A model generated the notes under the pieces. It made no database searches. It worked only from the letters and a program-made list of their open reading frames with translations, and was not told where the DNA came from. From assembly GCA_951406725.2 (NCBI GenBank), contig OX597815.1, positions 45,942,001-46,006,000 on the forward strand: 64,000 bases of DNA, written 5' to 3'. This DNA comes from Octopus vulgaris. Its lineage: Eukaryota. The translations under genes were made by a program, and so were the position numbers. Each line of letters opens with the position of its first letter. The first letter of the stretch is position 1. Shown here in pieces: positions 13,695 through 27,619 of this stretch.

Positions 13695-14487
13695 CTGTTT
13701 CTTTTTGGAAGAATGTTTTGGTTGTCGTCTTTATTTTTGGCTGTTCGTCTGTTGACCTTGCTGTTGACCCTGTTGGTATCTTTGTCGTTCTCATCTCCGT
13801 CAATGTCGACGTTGACATTGAGAACTTTGCTTTCGTTTTGGTTGAAGGCTTCTTATTTTCCCACCACTTTGTTATTTTCCGTGGCCACCACTTCGTGTAT
13901 AATTTCGATGTTGTTTTTCGATTATACAATTTGGTGAACATTGAACTCATTCTCTTAGTTTGAGTACCTAATGTGGATCTGAATACATTGTTTTTTGTAA
14001 TTCGATTTAACTTTGTTGATATTGTTGTAGTGATTATTTTTGCTGTGGAAGATAATAATTTTGTTGATGATGTTGGCGCTGATGATAAGGACGTTATTTT
14101 TTTCATGTTTGATGATGTTCGCCACCTTTTGGTATCCGATGTGGGAGAAAATGTAAATCTCTGTAGCAGTGAAGTTGTTTTCTTTTTCGGTGTTACACAG
14201 TCGTCTTTTGGTGAGTTTAACCACACGCATACTTTGTATTTTGAGGAAAAGACTGTATTTCCCGGACAAGTCATTTTCCAGGATCTACTCCCGAAACAAA
14301 TATGGAATGCCTTGCAATCATCTGGATCCCGAATGTAGAGTTGAGTAAATGAAAATTTCGGACAGTAAGACATGTAAATGGATTTTTGAGGTTTTCGAGC
14401 ATTGCACTCATTTACTAAGAAAAACAGAGATAAACCAAGAAAGACTACTGAATATTGCACAAGTCGTATCATAGTCAAAACGTTCAT
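13695..14487 (-). CDS. Coding exon of a secreted chitin-binding type-2 (CBM14/peritrophin-A) protein with a Thr/Ser/Lys-rich mucin-like tail
   Basis: ATG at 14487. Hydrophobic signal-peptide-like N-terminus (VVFLGLSLFFLVNECNA). Six-Cys pattern CPKF...DPDDCKAFHIC...MTCPGNTVF...KVCVW...DDC is typical of CBM14, followed by a T/S/K-rich region. Canonical donor CAG|GTAAGC at 13695/13694 (phase 1), so the ORF-track extension into (TA)n is intronic. Acceptor-like AGs just upstream of the ATG (14500-14507) imply an upstream 5'UTR exon. Confidence 0.85.
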
Positions 14488-16307
14488 GATTTTTGGTTAC
14501 TGGAACTGATTAAATAGAATTTAAGAAAATGCTATTAACATTCATTTATCACAGCTGTGATTGAGACGATATATTTGAAGATTAATCCGAAGACCTTCTT
14601 GGAAAATACTTTTGAATATATATAGCGTCAAGTGGTTTGCTTTCAGATTTCATTCAAATATAGACATTTCAAAGTTTTCTTATTGTTTGTAAAGATAGTA
14701 TTTTCTTTTGTAATTATTATTATTATCATTATTATTATTATTATTATAAAAGTCCATAGCCATAAAAAAAAGCTATTTCATAGTCACACTATAAATTATT
14801 TTGATAATTTAAACCGACAAGATTCATACAGAAGAATGAAGAAACGTGCTTCCCCTGTTTTGTTTGCAAGTTGTGAATGAAAGAAAGAGCAAACAGGGAA
14901 AAGGACGTCACAAAAATAATCTCTTTTTCATTGTTCCTTCCTTCTGTTGGCTAGAGTTTCTGTTTAGTCTCCAGCGTCAGAGATAAATAAAGAATATGAT
15001 CAGGAGAGGCATTCACTCACTCCTGTTTATCTGGCTGCCGATGCAGCTATGGTCAATAGTCTAGCGTTGCTTGCTTTCTGGGCTCACTCGAATAACAAGA
15101 TGTGTTGACTCACGGATTAAAATCTTTTCTCTCAGAAATACTCGCGTCGACATTGAATATATTTCACTTGGGACTCTCCTAACTAGAGAATAGATGTTGT
15201 GAAAACTCAACCTCACCCCTGCGTTCGGTTTTCTTTAATCTGTTCTAATCTGTTTAACTAAGGCGCATAGCTCTTCTCCTTTGCCTCTGACATTACAATT
15301 GTATATGAAGAGTATGTGAAAATTCAGCTTGTGTTAAAAGTAAATGTCAATGGAGAGAGAGAGAGAGGGGGGGATAATATGAAAGAGAGAGAGAGAGAGA
15401 TAGAAAGTGAGCGGAGAAAGAAAAGGAGAGGAAGAGAAAGACAATAGCTTTCTTGAAAAACATTCTTTTTCTAGTTGAATAGAGGTGTTTGGAGAAGAGA
15501 TATTAATGCGGATGTTTTTATGTTTTCTTTAACATTTTAACATACGCATACTCACAAGCGAATAAAAACATTTTGTCTTTGTTATGTAAATCAAAGTTAC
15601 TGGATTGTCAGATTAATTCATTCGTTTTTTTCCTATGCTATTTGAAATAACAGAAAATATTTTTATCGTAGTTTCTTTATGATTTTTGTAACTCAATTCT
15701 TACTAAAAAACTTATTTCAATTCTTACTATACAACCTTTTTCTCAGACATCAAAATCTCTCCATGTTCCGATCGATCTGTACAGTTTAATGAAGATCCAT
15801 TGAATCAGATCATCCACGGATCCGCTCCAATCCACTAGGGATTTGGCTTAACAGATGGGAATCTTCTCAAGAGAGCGTGACACGGCAGTCGAAGGGGAAG
15901 GCCTAAAAACCCGGTGCTTGAGTATTACACACTGAGCTGAAAAGACAAATTGCAGCACTTCTCTATTGCTGCCGTTTACTAGCAAGACACAATGCTACAC
16001 GTGGAACACGAACAGAGATTTCTTTACCTACATCTTCACCGGTTATGAAAAGTGGTGCTCTCGTATCAATATGAAGCAGAGGAAAGAATGACCGAGTCGT
16101 GAGGAAAGCGACACATACATCCACAAGAGAATTATAAACACGAGAGAAAATAATCTGCGTTTGGTGTGATTGACAAGGGGTAATCGACTAGGAAATACTT
16201 GCAAGCAACAAGGACAATATAGGGCTTTATTATTCAGCAAACACTACAGCTCATTGAGGCAAGCCAAATGAAAGTACGAAGGCGCGTGCACACACATTCA
16301 GAAATAA

Positions 16308-16730
16308 GGGCGGCGAGCTGGCAGAAACGTTAGTGGGCCGGGCGAAATGCTTAGCAGTATTTCGTCTGCTGCTACGTTCTGAGTTCAAATTCCGCTGAGG
16401 TCGACTTTGCCGTTCATCCTTTCGGGGTCGATTAAATGAGTACCAGTTACGCACTGGAGTCGATATAATCAACTTAATCCGTTTGTCTGTCCTTGTTTGT
16501 CCTCTCTGTGTTTAGCCCCTTGTAGGTAGTAAAGAAATAGGTATTTCGTCTGCTGCTACGTTCTGAGTTCAAATTCCACCGAGGTCGACTTTGCCTTTCA
16601 TCCTTTCGGGGTCGATTAAATAAGTACCAGTTACACACGGAGGTTGATGTAATCGACTTAATCCGTTTGTCTGTCCTTGTTTGTCCCCTCTATGTTTAGC
16701 CCCTTGTGGGCAATAGAGAAATAAGAAATA
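16308..16730 (+). mobile_element. SINE family B (tRNA-type head, GCCTTTCATCCTTTCGGGGTCGAT..AAGTACCAG central domain); tandem representative copies
   Basis: A/B-box-like AGCTGGCAGAA...GAGTTCAAATTCC. The central domain resembles the Meta-SINE/Sauria-SINE core (from memory). Other copies near 6540-6660, 7410-7862, 8685-9770, 10140-10350, 10720-10855, 11700-11865, 24208-24640, 34870-35076, 36395-36590, 41449-41920, 43620-43820, 52130-52320, 55258-55466, 57820-58050. Confidence 0.9.
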
Positions 16731-16893
16731 AGTGCATGCATACATGCCTGCGTAGTGTAAAAATATGGGCATACATACGTACATACATACTTAAGTATAG
16801 ATGTATCATAAGTATAACGGATGTAAGTACAATGCACGTGCATACGCAAGTAAAAAAGTTAATACATACGTACATGCACACGCGCGCACATAT

Positions 16894-16941
<48 letters not shown>

Positions 16942-16972
16942 ATATATATATATATATATATATATAGCAGCG

Positions 16973-17022
<50 letters not shown>

Positions 17023-18516
17023 ATATATATATATATATATATATACTAGCAGCGGCACTCGGAGTTGCCCGGGAATGAAATTGTTCCTTATATATTGGAA
17101 GAAAAAAGCAAAATATGTTGTATAGAAATTTGTTATTCTAAATTCAATTTATTCTTCAATTGGGAAATCGATTCTGAATTCATAATACAAAAATAATGAT
17201 GATGATGATGATAATAATAATAATAATAATAATAATCTATTCTTTTATTAGCCACAATGGCTCAAACACAGAACATTAAAAGACATATAACAACATAAAA
17301 GACAAAACCAGGACGATACAATGGGTTTCCGCGTGTACACAAAGGCAGCCAAATCTTTGATGTCATAATTTGTTACTCTTGCTATGTCTCTTGAAGCTAA
17401 ATCACTAATTTGGTGGTTTGTTTTTGGCAGTCCATGGCCATACTCTTGCAAATTTTTGCCTCCATGACTAAAATCTGATCCTCAATTTCAATCAGTGCTT
17501 GGTTAAAAATTGTCTCAGAGAACTGAATATTGATATTTGGGTTTGCCTCCTGTTGAACTGCTTGCTTTAAGTCCTCAGCATGCCCTCACGATGTTTCATC
17601 CAAAACTGTTGGGGACTGCTAAGTTGGTATGCTCAGTATAATTGCAGAAAGGTTACATTGTTTCCTTGGAGAATCTGATACTGATGCTTCAGTCAATGCA
17701 AGTACTCATCATTTTCTAAAAAAAATCTTGTTGATAGCATGCCTTCCTATAAGTTTCACATACATGACCATTTACCGTCCTCGAATCTTGGAATGATTTG
17801 GGCCCACGTACTTCATGCAAAAGGAGCTGTAATTAGTAGCATTCTGCTTGGCTTGGGTGGGGTGGGGGCACTGTAAACTCTTGCAAGTGCGTCAGTCCCA
17901 CGTTTCCTCTTGTACCATTTATTGTTTCTCCAGGTGTAATTCTTGGGTAATTGTGGGTAAAGGAGTTTTCTTGCATCTTTATTTACTTGCCAAAACTTAA
18001 AAAAAGGCAATAAGGGTTGTTTCTTTTTGAGAAAGTGCTTGTTGCAAGGCTGTTTGTTTTGTAAAGATAACCAACCCTGTGGCTATTCTTTAGATGGACA
18101 CTGAGATGAATGATGGCTGGGTGCCTCTCATGAATGGGAAAATTGAAGATGCGCCAAAATGCCTCATGGGTATTGATGTAACTTACTCTATCATACTGTT
18201 CACCTTCGTTGTTTTTATTTATCTGCTGACCGCCATTCTGCATAGGAATGTATGTTGCAGCATCTAAACCTTTGTTCATATATTTGCAAATATACTTAAC
18301 AGAGTTGCAGAATTCAGCATTGACTCTGGCTACCTGTACTTGTCTTTGCTTCACTGTAGAATACTAATCATCAACATCTCCCCCGACTCCTCCTGTAGAG
18401 AGTAAGAACATTGTTTTCGGAAACGTTTTCGAAAATTAAAATGGGGATTAAATGAAAAAATGAGTTGCGTGAATATCTTCAGAAAAGTGATTGAAATAAA
18501 TGGCTATTGTGGAATG

Positions 18517-18642
<126 letters not shown>

Positions 18643-18696
18643 ACACAGACACACACACAGAGACACACACAGACACACACACGCACGCACACACAT

Positions 18697-18746
<50 letters not shown>

Positions 18747-19189
18747 AAACATCAGATGAAATGGACTTGTATGGGTGAAAGAGAGAAGCAGAGAGAGAAG
18801 GGGTGTGCTGTCATGTATACGTACATCTTTTTTGTATGTATGTGTGCGTGTGTGTGTTTGTGAGTGAGTGTGTGTGCATGAGAGAGAGAGAGAGAGTGCC
18901 ACTTAGACATCACTCTCTCTGTCTCACAAACACATGAAAAAAGATGTATGCATACATATTTATGTATGTACGTATATATGACAATACACCCTTTGACTGA
19001 CTCTCTCTCTCTCTCTCTCTCTCTCACATACACACAAACACACCACATACATAAATGTATACAAACATACATACAAAAACACACGTGTGTGTGCGTAACA
19101 GACAAGGAAATTTCCACGACCGTCAATTTGTACACGCCGAAGTTCAGCTTGCCCGGTGTGCCAGCAACCCTAGGGCCGGCCCTGCATGC

Positions 19190-19955
19190 ATGCATAAGTG
19201 CGTGCATTCGTACATACATGTATATACATGTACATACGTATGTGAAGAAGTGCCTAATACATACATAAACCGGGACGTACGTACGTAGAGACTTAGGTGC
19301 AAACTCAGGTGCATGCGAACGTACATACGTACATACGTACATACGTACAGGAAGAGTTACGTGCTGAAGTACATACAGGAGTGCGTACATATATATACGA
19401 ACATGCGTGCGAACATTTGTTATTACATACTCGCATATATACGTGCAAAACTTCGTACGTAGATGGATAAGTAGATCGTGTCTGCATGCGTATGTACATA
19501 CGAAAGTACATATGTAGGTACATATGCACATGCATACGTACGTAGAGAGGTAAGTACATGCGTACATACAGACGTACGTACTTGGGTACATACATAAATA
19601 CATACATACATAGATACATACATACATACATACATACATACATACATGCATAAAAGCACATGTAATCACAGACGTGCGTATACAAGTTCCTTCATAATAA
19701 GGGCAAAACCACGTGTACATGTACGTACACACACAAGAATATACAGACGTGCATACATATGTCATTGCATATGAAAATACGTATAAATATAAATGTGTAC
19801 TTACTAACGTACTACATACGGATTATACCTATGTGCACAGAAACGTACGTAGATATATAGGTAGGTGCGTGCAGACGTTCGTAAGGTGGCATGTGCAGAC
19901 ATAGGTACAAAAATGCGTACACACACACGTAATTACGTACATACATACGTATATA
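19190..19955. repeat. Degenerate (TACA/TACG)n low-complexity tract
   Basis: Dense ACGT/ACAT/GCAT tetramers over ~760 bp. Confidence 0.8.
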
Positions 19956-20249
19956 CAGTAATATATAAACTTGTTATCAGTTCAACTATGCTTGAGACAT
20001 ATATATGAATCCGTAAGAAAGACGTCCACTGCATTTTGTCGTGGAGAAAAATTTTCCTTGTGGACGAATTGATGTAAACACACCAAACCATTCCGGAGCG
20101 TCCCTTACTCAGATCGATGAGTGCACGTGTTTCGGAGTAGTTATCTCCTCTCAGTGTCGAACAATGAAAATGGAGGCTCTACGAACTGTCAGTGAAAGAC
20201 TATGTAGCCGCCGATTAGAGCAACAAGTCACAATACTTTGACTGGGATA

Positions 20250-22190
20250 TAAGATGAGCGACCTGTATGAACTTGGACGATATGGATCGTGCCTGCACGT
20301 ACTCAGATGAAGCTGGGCGAAAACTTGGACACATCTGCATGAGCGTGCACGAATTCGGACGAGACTCGACGAGTCTGGATGAAACTGGGTGAGCCTGGAC
20401 GGTGCTGGTCAAGCTTGGGTGAGCTTGGACTTTTTAGAGGTATCTTGGACGAGACTAGAAGAACCTGGACGTGATTGAACCAGCCTTGATGATTTCGGAA
20501 GAGCTTGGACTAACCTTGACGATTCCGCACTTACTGTGCAGGCGTGTACGACCCTGGGCCAGTCGTGGGTGGGCGCGAGCGTGCACGAGTCTGGAAGAGC
20601 CTGTACGAGCCTAGAAGAACCTGAATGGAACTTGACGAACCTGGATGAATGAAGGTGGATGAGAACGGACGAATCTTCACAATTTCGGACATATCTGGAC
20701 GAGCCACGACTAGCTTTCAACTATCTTGACTGTGCGAACTTCAACGAGTTCAGATGTGCCTAGACGAGCTTGTATCTGCATGGATAAGCTTGGACAAGAC
20801 TGGACAAATGTGGTCATATGTACAAGAATCTGGAAGAGTGTGAATGAGTCTGGTCTAACTTGGATAACGCTGGTCGCTGCTGGAGAAGCTGGACATATTT
20901 GGACGAGCCTGTACAATTTCGGACACTCAGTGAGAAATGTCGTGGACTTTCGACGAATTTGAAGGGTTCTAGTCAAGCCTGGATAAACTTGAACGATACT
21001 GGATAAGTCTGGACGCCGCTTGGATGAGTTTGAACGAGTCTGGACACTTTCAGATTTGCCTGAGCAAAAGTGTGGCTTCCTGGATGAGTCTGAACGAACC
21101 TCGACGTGCGGGTCGGTAGCAGAAACAATTCATGGATACACAGGTTCCTTAACACGTCAGTTGTCCGTTTGTCGATAGGGTAGTTCGAGGGAAGGAGGAA
21201 GCTGCAATGATGGCAGACGATCCTCGATGAACTTAGAGGTGCCTGGACGAATGTAGACAATCTCGAACGAGTTTAGATGAGTATAACTGAGCTTCGGCGT
21301 TCCAGTTGGTGACGGAAATAATATACAGACATAAACACTGCCCGACGATGCAACAGAGTGCCACTGGGGAATGAGAACTGTATGTCGGCTGCGATAGAGC
21401 GTCGGTGGATTGAAACAGCAAAGCTTAAGCTCGGTGGCAGAGGGTGGAGGTCGGCGGCATCTGCTATTCCTTTCGTAAACGTCGGATGAGCTTGGACGAA
21501 CCTTGAATGAGCCCTGGACGAGTTTGGATGCACCTGGACTTGCCTGGACGACCCTGCAGAGCTTGGACGTCTCAGGACGGGCCTAGATGAGCCTGGACGT
21601 GATTGGAGGAGCATGGAAGAAACTTTAGGACAGTAGTAGAGATTCAACGGACTCGGTGGCGCCTGGATGAGCCTCGATGAGTTCGGATGTTCTTAGACGA
21701 GCTTATACGTGCCTGGAGGATGATGGACGAGATGGGAGGAACTTGGAAGATTATCGTCCTCGCTCGACGTGCCTGAGTCTATTTAGATGCATCTGGACGA
21801 TTTCAGAAATGTCTGCACTTACCCCTGACAAGTCTAGAATATCCTGGACAAGCCGGGACAAGACTTGAACGTGGAGAAGCCGCGACGAACTTGGCCGAAC
21901 CTGGATTAACCTGCACGAGCCTAGATGAATCAGTCGAATCAGGAAGATTCCTGTCGCACTTGGACGTAACGGCCAAGATTAGAAGATCTTTGACGAACGT
22001 GCTTGGACAATCGTGAACGATTTTACACTGGCTTGGACTAATCAGGCTCGATAAGAGTTTTCCTGGACAAGACTGGAGGAGTCTGGACAAGTCTATACGA
22101 ATCTGGTGGAAGCTAGAAGGGCTCGCAAGATCTTGTACAAGCCTGTACGAGCATGGATAAGCCCGGACGAGTCTGGATGTGCTGGAGAAC
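20250..22190. repeat. Degenerate 10-bp-period satellite (consensus ~GACGAGCCTG)
   Basis: For example 21517-21610: gacgagtttg gatgcacctg gacttgcctg gacgaccctg ... gacgggccta gatgagcctg gacgtgattg. Much more GC-rich than the flanks. Confidence 0.85.
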
Positions 22191-22341
22191 AGCAATTTCG
22201 GACATTCAGGAGCACAGTTATCCCACCCACCAAAAAAAAAACAGACCTTTCCGGTTTTTATTTTAAGCGGATTCCTTTTTTCTTCGATGATGGAGATTCC
22301 GAATATGCAAGAAACCACGTTTTCAAAATATAAATTCAATA

Positions 22342-22397
<56 letters not shown>

Positions 22398-25300
22398 TAA
22401 ACGGCTAGGGATAGATGGATAGATAGATATGAATAAACGGATAAGGATAAATAGATAGACAGACAAATAAATAAATGGATGATAAAGTTCAAAATTTAAA
22501 ATTGGGGGAGAGGGTCGAAATTTGAGCCCCTTATTAAACTTTATAACAGTAATTATTAAAATATTAATGTCCGTTTCTCATAAAATGGTGTATATTTAAT
22601 TTACATTTAATTATTATTTACGATTATTTAAGGCAAACATAAGTAAAGCGCAAATTCTTTTCACTTCAGTGTGTTTGTCTATATTTAATTTCGATTTGCA
22701 TATTTTCGTCAATTCGCTATAATCTCTTTAAGGTAAACAAAATCAAAATTTTTATGGGGTGGGTGGGTAAAATTTGAAAAGGTGGTTTTTTTTTTGCATA
22801 TTCGTAATATCTGACATAGAGTAAACACTATGCAATAAATATTTCTAGATGTCTTATATCACAAAAGCAAATCAAATTGTATGAATAAATCGTAAGATTG
22901 AAATACGAAATAAGAATTTCAAATAACGTTGACGATAATTTTTGTCTTCGGGCATGCGCATAAACATGTACTCCGGTCTGGAAAACGATATAACCGGTTA
23001 ATGTATATCACTGGGCATTCGTAACAGAACATATAGAGAAACACTTTTCCTTTTAAATATATTACTAATGATCCGATATATATACGTCTTTACGTACCCT
23101 ACTTACCTGTGTAAGTATATATGCACGGATAGAATACATACCAGATTTGAAAATAAGCTCTGGTTTGACTTGTTCCTCTAAATTTTTCAAGGTGGTGCCC
23201 AAGTATGGCTGCAGTTCAATGACTGAAATGAGTAAAATGTAAAGGCAAAGGGTTAAACGAATATTAAACAACAATATTTTGTAAGCAAACTGTGGAAGCG
23301 TCGAATGTGTTTTGTATTTTAGAGACACGAAAATATTTTGAATACAGAATAGCTGTGAAAACAGTAGAAAGATTGGGTATTTTGACTCTTATGAGACAGA
23401 AAAAGTGGCCAATAGACAACCACGTGACTGTCTGCTGACATCTTTTTCCATCATATAAGGGTAAAATATTCAACCTTTCTGCTGTTTTCACGGTTATACT
23501 GCGTTCGAAATATTACTTTCTTGTTTGTTAAATACGAAGATTAAACCGTTTATACAAAGTGATTGTTTACCTGTTGAATAAACAGAAATTGTGCAAACCC
23601 TATGTTCCTTTCATTAAAATATACAAGTAACTGTATAAGGGATTAGATGCTCACATCTCCTTTCTTGAAACCTGTCACATTATCATAATCATACTGAAAA
23701 TAATGTTTTTTTTTTTATATTCCTTTCTATTTTCGTATGATTCTATTTCTTATTTATTACATATTTATTTATAATGTTGTTTTAGATTCGAGAATTTTCT
23801 TCAAAAACAATATTCAAACTTGAATATTTAAATACAATTCATTTTATATCACTAAATTTGTGACAACAGTGAATGCAGGAAGTCTCCTAATCGGCTCGCA
23901 ATTGTTTTTTTGTTTCGAAGCGGCACTCAAAAACTTTCCAGTTTATCGCTAAAAAACAGTTATTTCCCTTGCCTTGTTAACTGTAGAAGTAATTTCCCTT
24001 ACATCGAATATTAACCAAAAGGTTTTTCGGGGGTGGCAATTAGGCTGAATCACGAGAGATACAGTGCCTAGTCACTTGGCTTTACCTTTCTGGTATCGAT
24101 TAAAATCAAGTTACAGCAACGAATTAGTGATCGACATAATCGAATATTGCTACACATTATTTATGGAATTATACAAAAGTCAAAAATAAATATTTTAATT
24201 TTATTATGGGCGGTAAGCTAGCAGAATCGTTAGCACGCTGAGCAAAATGTTTAGCGTCATTTCGTCCGTCTTTACGTCCTGAGTTCAAATTCCGCCGAGG
24301 TCAACTTTGCTGTTCTTCCTTTCGGGGTTAATAAATCAAGTACCAGTGAAACACTGGGGTCGATGTAATCGACTAGTCCCGTCCTCCAAAATTTCAAGCC
24401 TTGTGTCTTTAGTAGAAAGGATTATTATGTTACTTTAAGGTCGTGAGCTGGCAGAATCATTAGCACGCCGGGCAAAATGTTTAGCAGTATTTCGTCCGTC
24501 TTTACGTTCTAAGTTCAAATTCTGTCGAGGTCAACTTTGCTTTTCATCCTTTCGGGTCGATGAAATAAGTACCACTGAGTACTGAGGTAAATGTAATCGA
24601 CCTCCCCGAAATTGCTGGCCAAAATTTGAAACCATTATTATTTTGTTACTTAGCGGATCTGGAGAAAGAAAGACGTATTGCCTATGAGGTTTGCAGCCAT
24701 CCGAAACCGGTCAGTTTGATAGCATTAATATTCCTCTTGGAATGGGTTGAACGAATGGCTTTTGCAGGACCTTCGATAACGGTAAATTTGTTTACAGTTA
24801 ATGTTGCACTTGAATCGTTGTCAGTCAGCACCTGCGTGAAATATATGCAGAAAGGGAGCATATGAAAGCGCAGACATTTCACAGAAGGTTCGAACATGAT
24901 GTTTAGGGAGTGATTGCGAGAGTGTTGAACAAAAGCAAAAAAAGCAAAAAAAAAAAACAAAGCAAAAAAAAAAACAGTTGTGTAAGTCAAGGCAAGTATT
25001 ACGATGGGAGCAGGTCAGTGGGGATGGCATAAGCTCTGTTAACTCTTGGGAGCAGGGGCAATTATAGTAGTATAAAGAATGCACAAATGATCATCTTTCT
25101 TTTAGTTTTATCTTTTACTCGTTTTAGCCATTGGAGTGCGACCATGCTGAGTTACTGCCTTGAAGTGTTCAATCGAACAAGTCAGACCAACAGTTTATAT
25201 TTTAACTCTGGCATTAATTCTATCGTTCTCTTTCGCAGAACTGCAAAGTTAGGAACGTAGACAAAGTAAGGTAGTCTAGAGTAGAAAAGAATAAACGAAC

Positions 25301-25417
25301 AAGGTTTACATTTCAAAGTATTAACGAAATATCCATTTACAATATATTATTAGTCCACTTAAATACAGAGCTAAATTTCTAAATAACTTTAAAAAAAAAC
25401 AACCGGTTTTATAGTTT

Positions 25418-25452
<35 letters not shown>

Positions 25453-25585
25453 CGCGTGTGTGTGTGTGTATGTGTGTGTACATGATCACATATGTATAAT
25501 CACATATAAATATATATGTATGTATGAACGTTTGTACACACACTCATACACATAAAGACACACGCGTGCGCGCACACACACACAT

Positions 25586-25616
<31 letters not shown>

Positions 25617-25680
25617 ACATACATACATACATACATACATACATACATACATACATACATACATACATACATACATACAT

Positions 25681-25712
<32 letters not shown>

Positions 25713-25933
25713 GCGTACACACGCACGATCATACAGACAGACACAAGACCGAGTTCTACAAAAAAGACTGAACGTGGTGAATAGTGAGAGATTGGGGTGG
25801 GTGGGTACAAAAACAGTTTATGAAAGGAGAGGTGAAGGCTGGAACGGGGGTACCTGAGAGAGGGTGGCATAAGACAGGCCAATTCCAGGGAACAGAGGCT
25901 ATTATAGTAGCGTCAGGGGAGCGAGAGAAGGGG

Positions 25934-26008
<75 letters not shown>

Positions 26009-26122
26009 CAGAAGCTCCGAAGTCCGGAACATTTCTGTGCGCGGCTATACGCCGATCAGTCGGACGATCGTTTGCATGATGTAGTACGAGGTGCCTGTGT
26101 GTGAAAAGTATAACTGACCCAG

Positions 26123-26191
<69 letters not shown>

Positions 26192-26660
26192 GTGCGTATG
26201 CTTGTGCATACATCTGTATAACTTTAGAATTTGGCGTTTTACCTACTCCCACCACACAAATAAATGACAAAGTGTTTGGAAGCCGCTACCAAAATTGTAA
26301 AGCGGAGGATTAATATGCACTGGAATAAGGACTGCGATAATAAGAAGACCATTTTGAAATTTAATACGAATTATTGCCATTCTTAAGAACGGGGTTGGAG
26401 ACTATATTATCAAACCTGAATTCCCAAGTACCTTGTATACATTGATTAGAACGAAGGGAAAATAGTGAACACCGGGAGAAATATTTTCTTTGAGAGGAGA
26501 AAAGATAGAAGAAAGAGATAGAAGATGTTCAGTCCTTAGGACGTAGTGCAGGAAAAGAACGATGGTCACGTGGGGAAAAGAAAGATAGGGTCGATTTGTT
26601 CGATTAAAGGCGGTGCTCCAGCATGGCCACAGCCAAATGACTGAAACAAATAAAATAAAA

Positions 26661-26706
<46 letters not shown>

Positions 26707-26882
26707 TCACACACACAAGCATATATGGGTACAGGACGTCACCAACGGTGCAAATAACATGAAATACGTAAACAAACGAGTTAAATACGTAAGCAACGAG
26801 AAAAAACGGAAAACAGGACAAGTAAACAGAAAGGACCTTTCATCTGTCTTTCGACTGTCTATCTACTTATTTCGAGCGTGTG

Positions 26883-26914
<32 letters not shown>

Positions 26915-27104
26915 TGTATGTATGTATGTATGTATGTATGTATGTATTTATGTATGTATGTATGTATGCATGTATGTATGTATGTATGTATGTACGTATG
27001 TATGTATGTATGTATGTATGTATGTATGTATGTATGTATGTATGTATGTATGTATGTATACATTATGCAATCAATAGCAGAAGGATGGAAACTATCGTCA
27101 AGAC

Positions 27105-27376
27105 CAGTAGTTTTCAACCGAGGTCCATATGCCCCCTAAGGCTCCATATAATATTTTTGGGGCTCCACGCAGCAAAATAGTAAATAGTGGATCCACAATA
27201 GTATTTGAAGAGCCCCTGATAATCTGCTTTAGATGTATGTATTGGTATCGTGTGGAAAACAAATTAGGAATTTTGAATGAAGCTTCTATAAAACTAGTTT
27301 GAATTGCAATGGAGTTTCACCAGAGTAAAATAGTATTCAAAAGGGTACATACATAAAAAATGGTTCCGGACCCCTT
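27105..27376. mobile_element. hAT-type MITE
   Basis: Starts CAGTAGTTTTCAACC, ends GGTTCCGGACCCCTT (decayed TIR). Perfect 8-bp TSD GTCAAGAC at 27097-27104 and 27377-27384. Confidence 0.75.
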
Positions 27377-27619
27377 GTCAAGACCAAAGCAAGTTTTGAA
27401 CTTACAATATAAGACAACGTGACAAAATATTTTGACGATCTTTATAGCAATTCAGCCCAATTACCCTCTTTCATACTTGATCTAAGGGAGATAACTTTTA
27501 CATTTAGTGACCAAGGGCAATAACTTTTACATTTAATATACCGAGATATAAGAATTACTTAATGATAAAATTGTTTAGTGTCGAAGCATGGATAATAAGT
27601 AAGTAAATAAATAAATAAA

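Noticed and set aside
15840-16050. Possible RTE-type LINE 3' end (G.RRGRPK-like motif)
   Set aside because: Only one short motif in heavily decayed sequence; too weak to call.
20215-22492. Repetitive peptides (SSRLVQA...) suggesting a repeat protein
   Set aside because: The DNA period is 10 bp, so the motif rotates through frames and the ORFs are short and broken.
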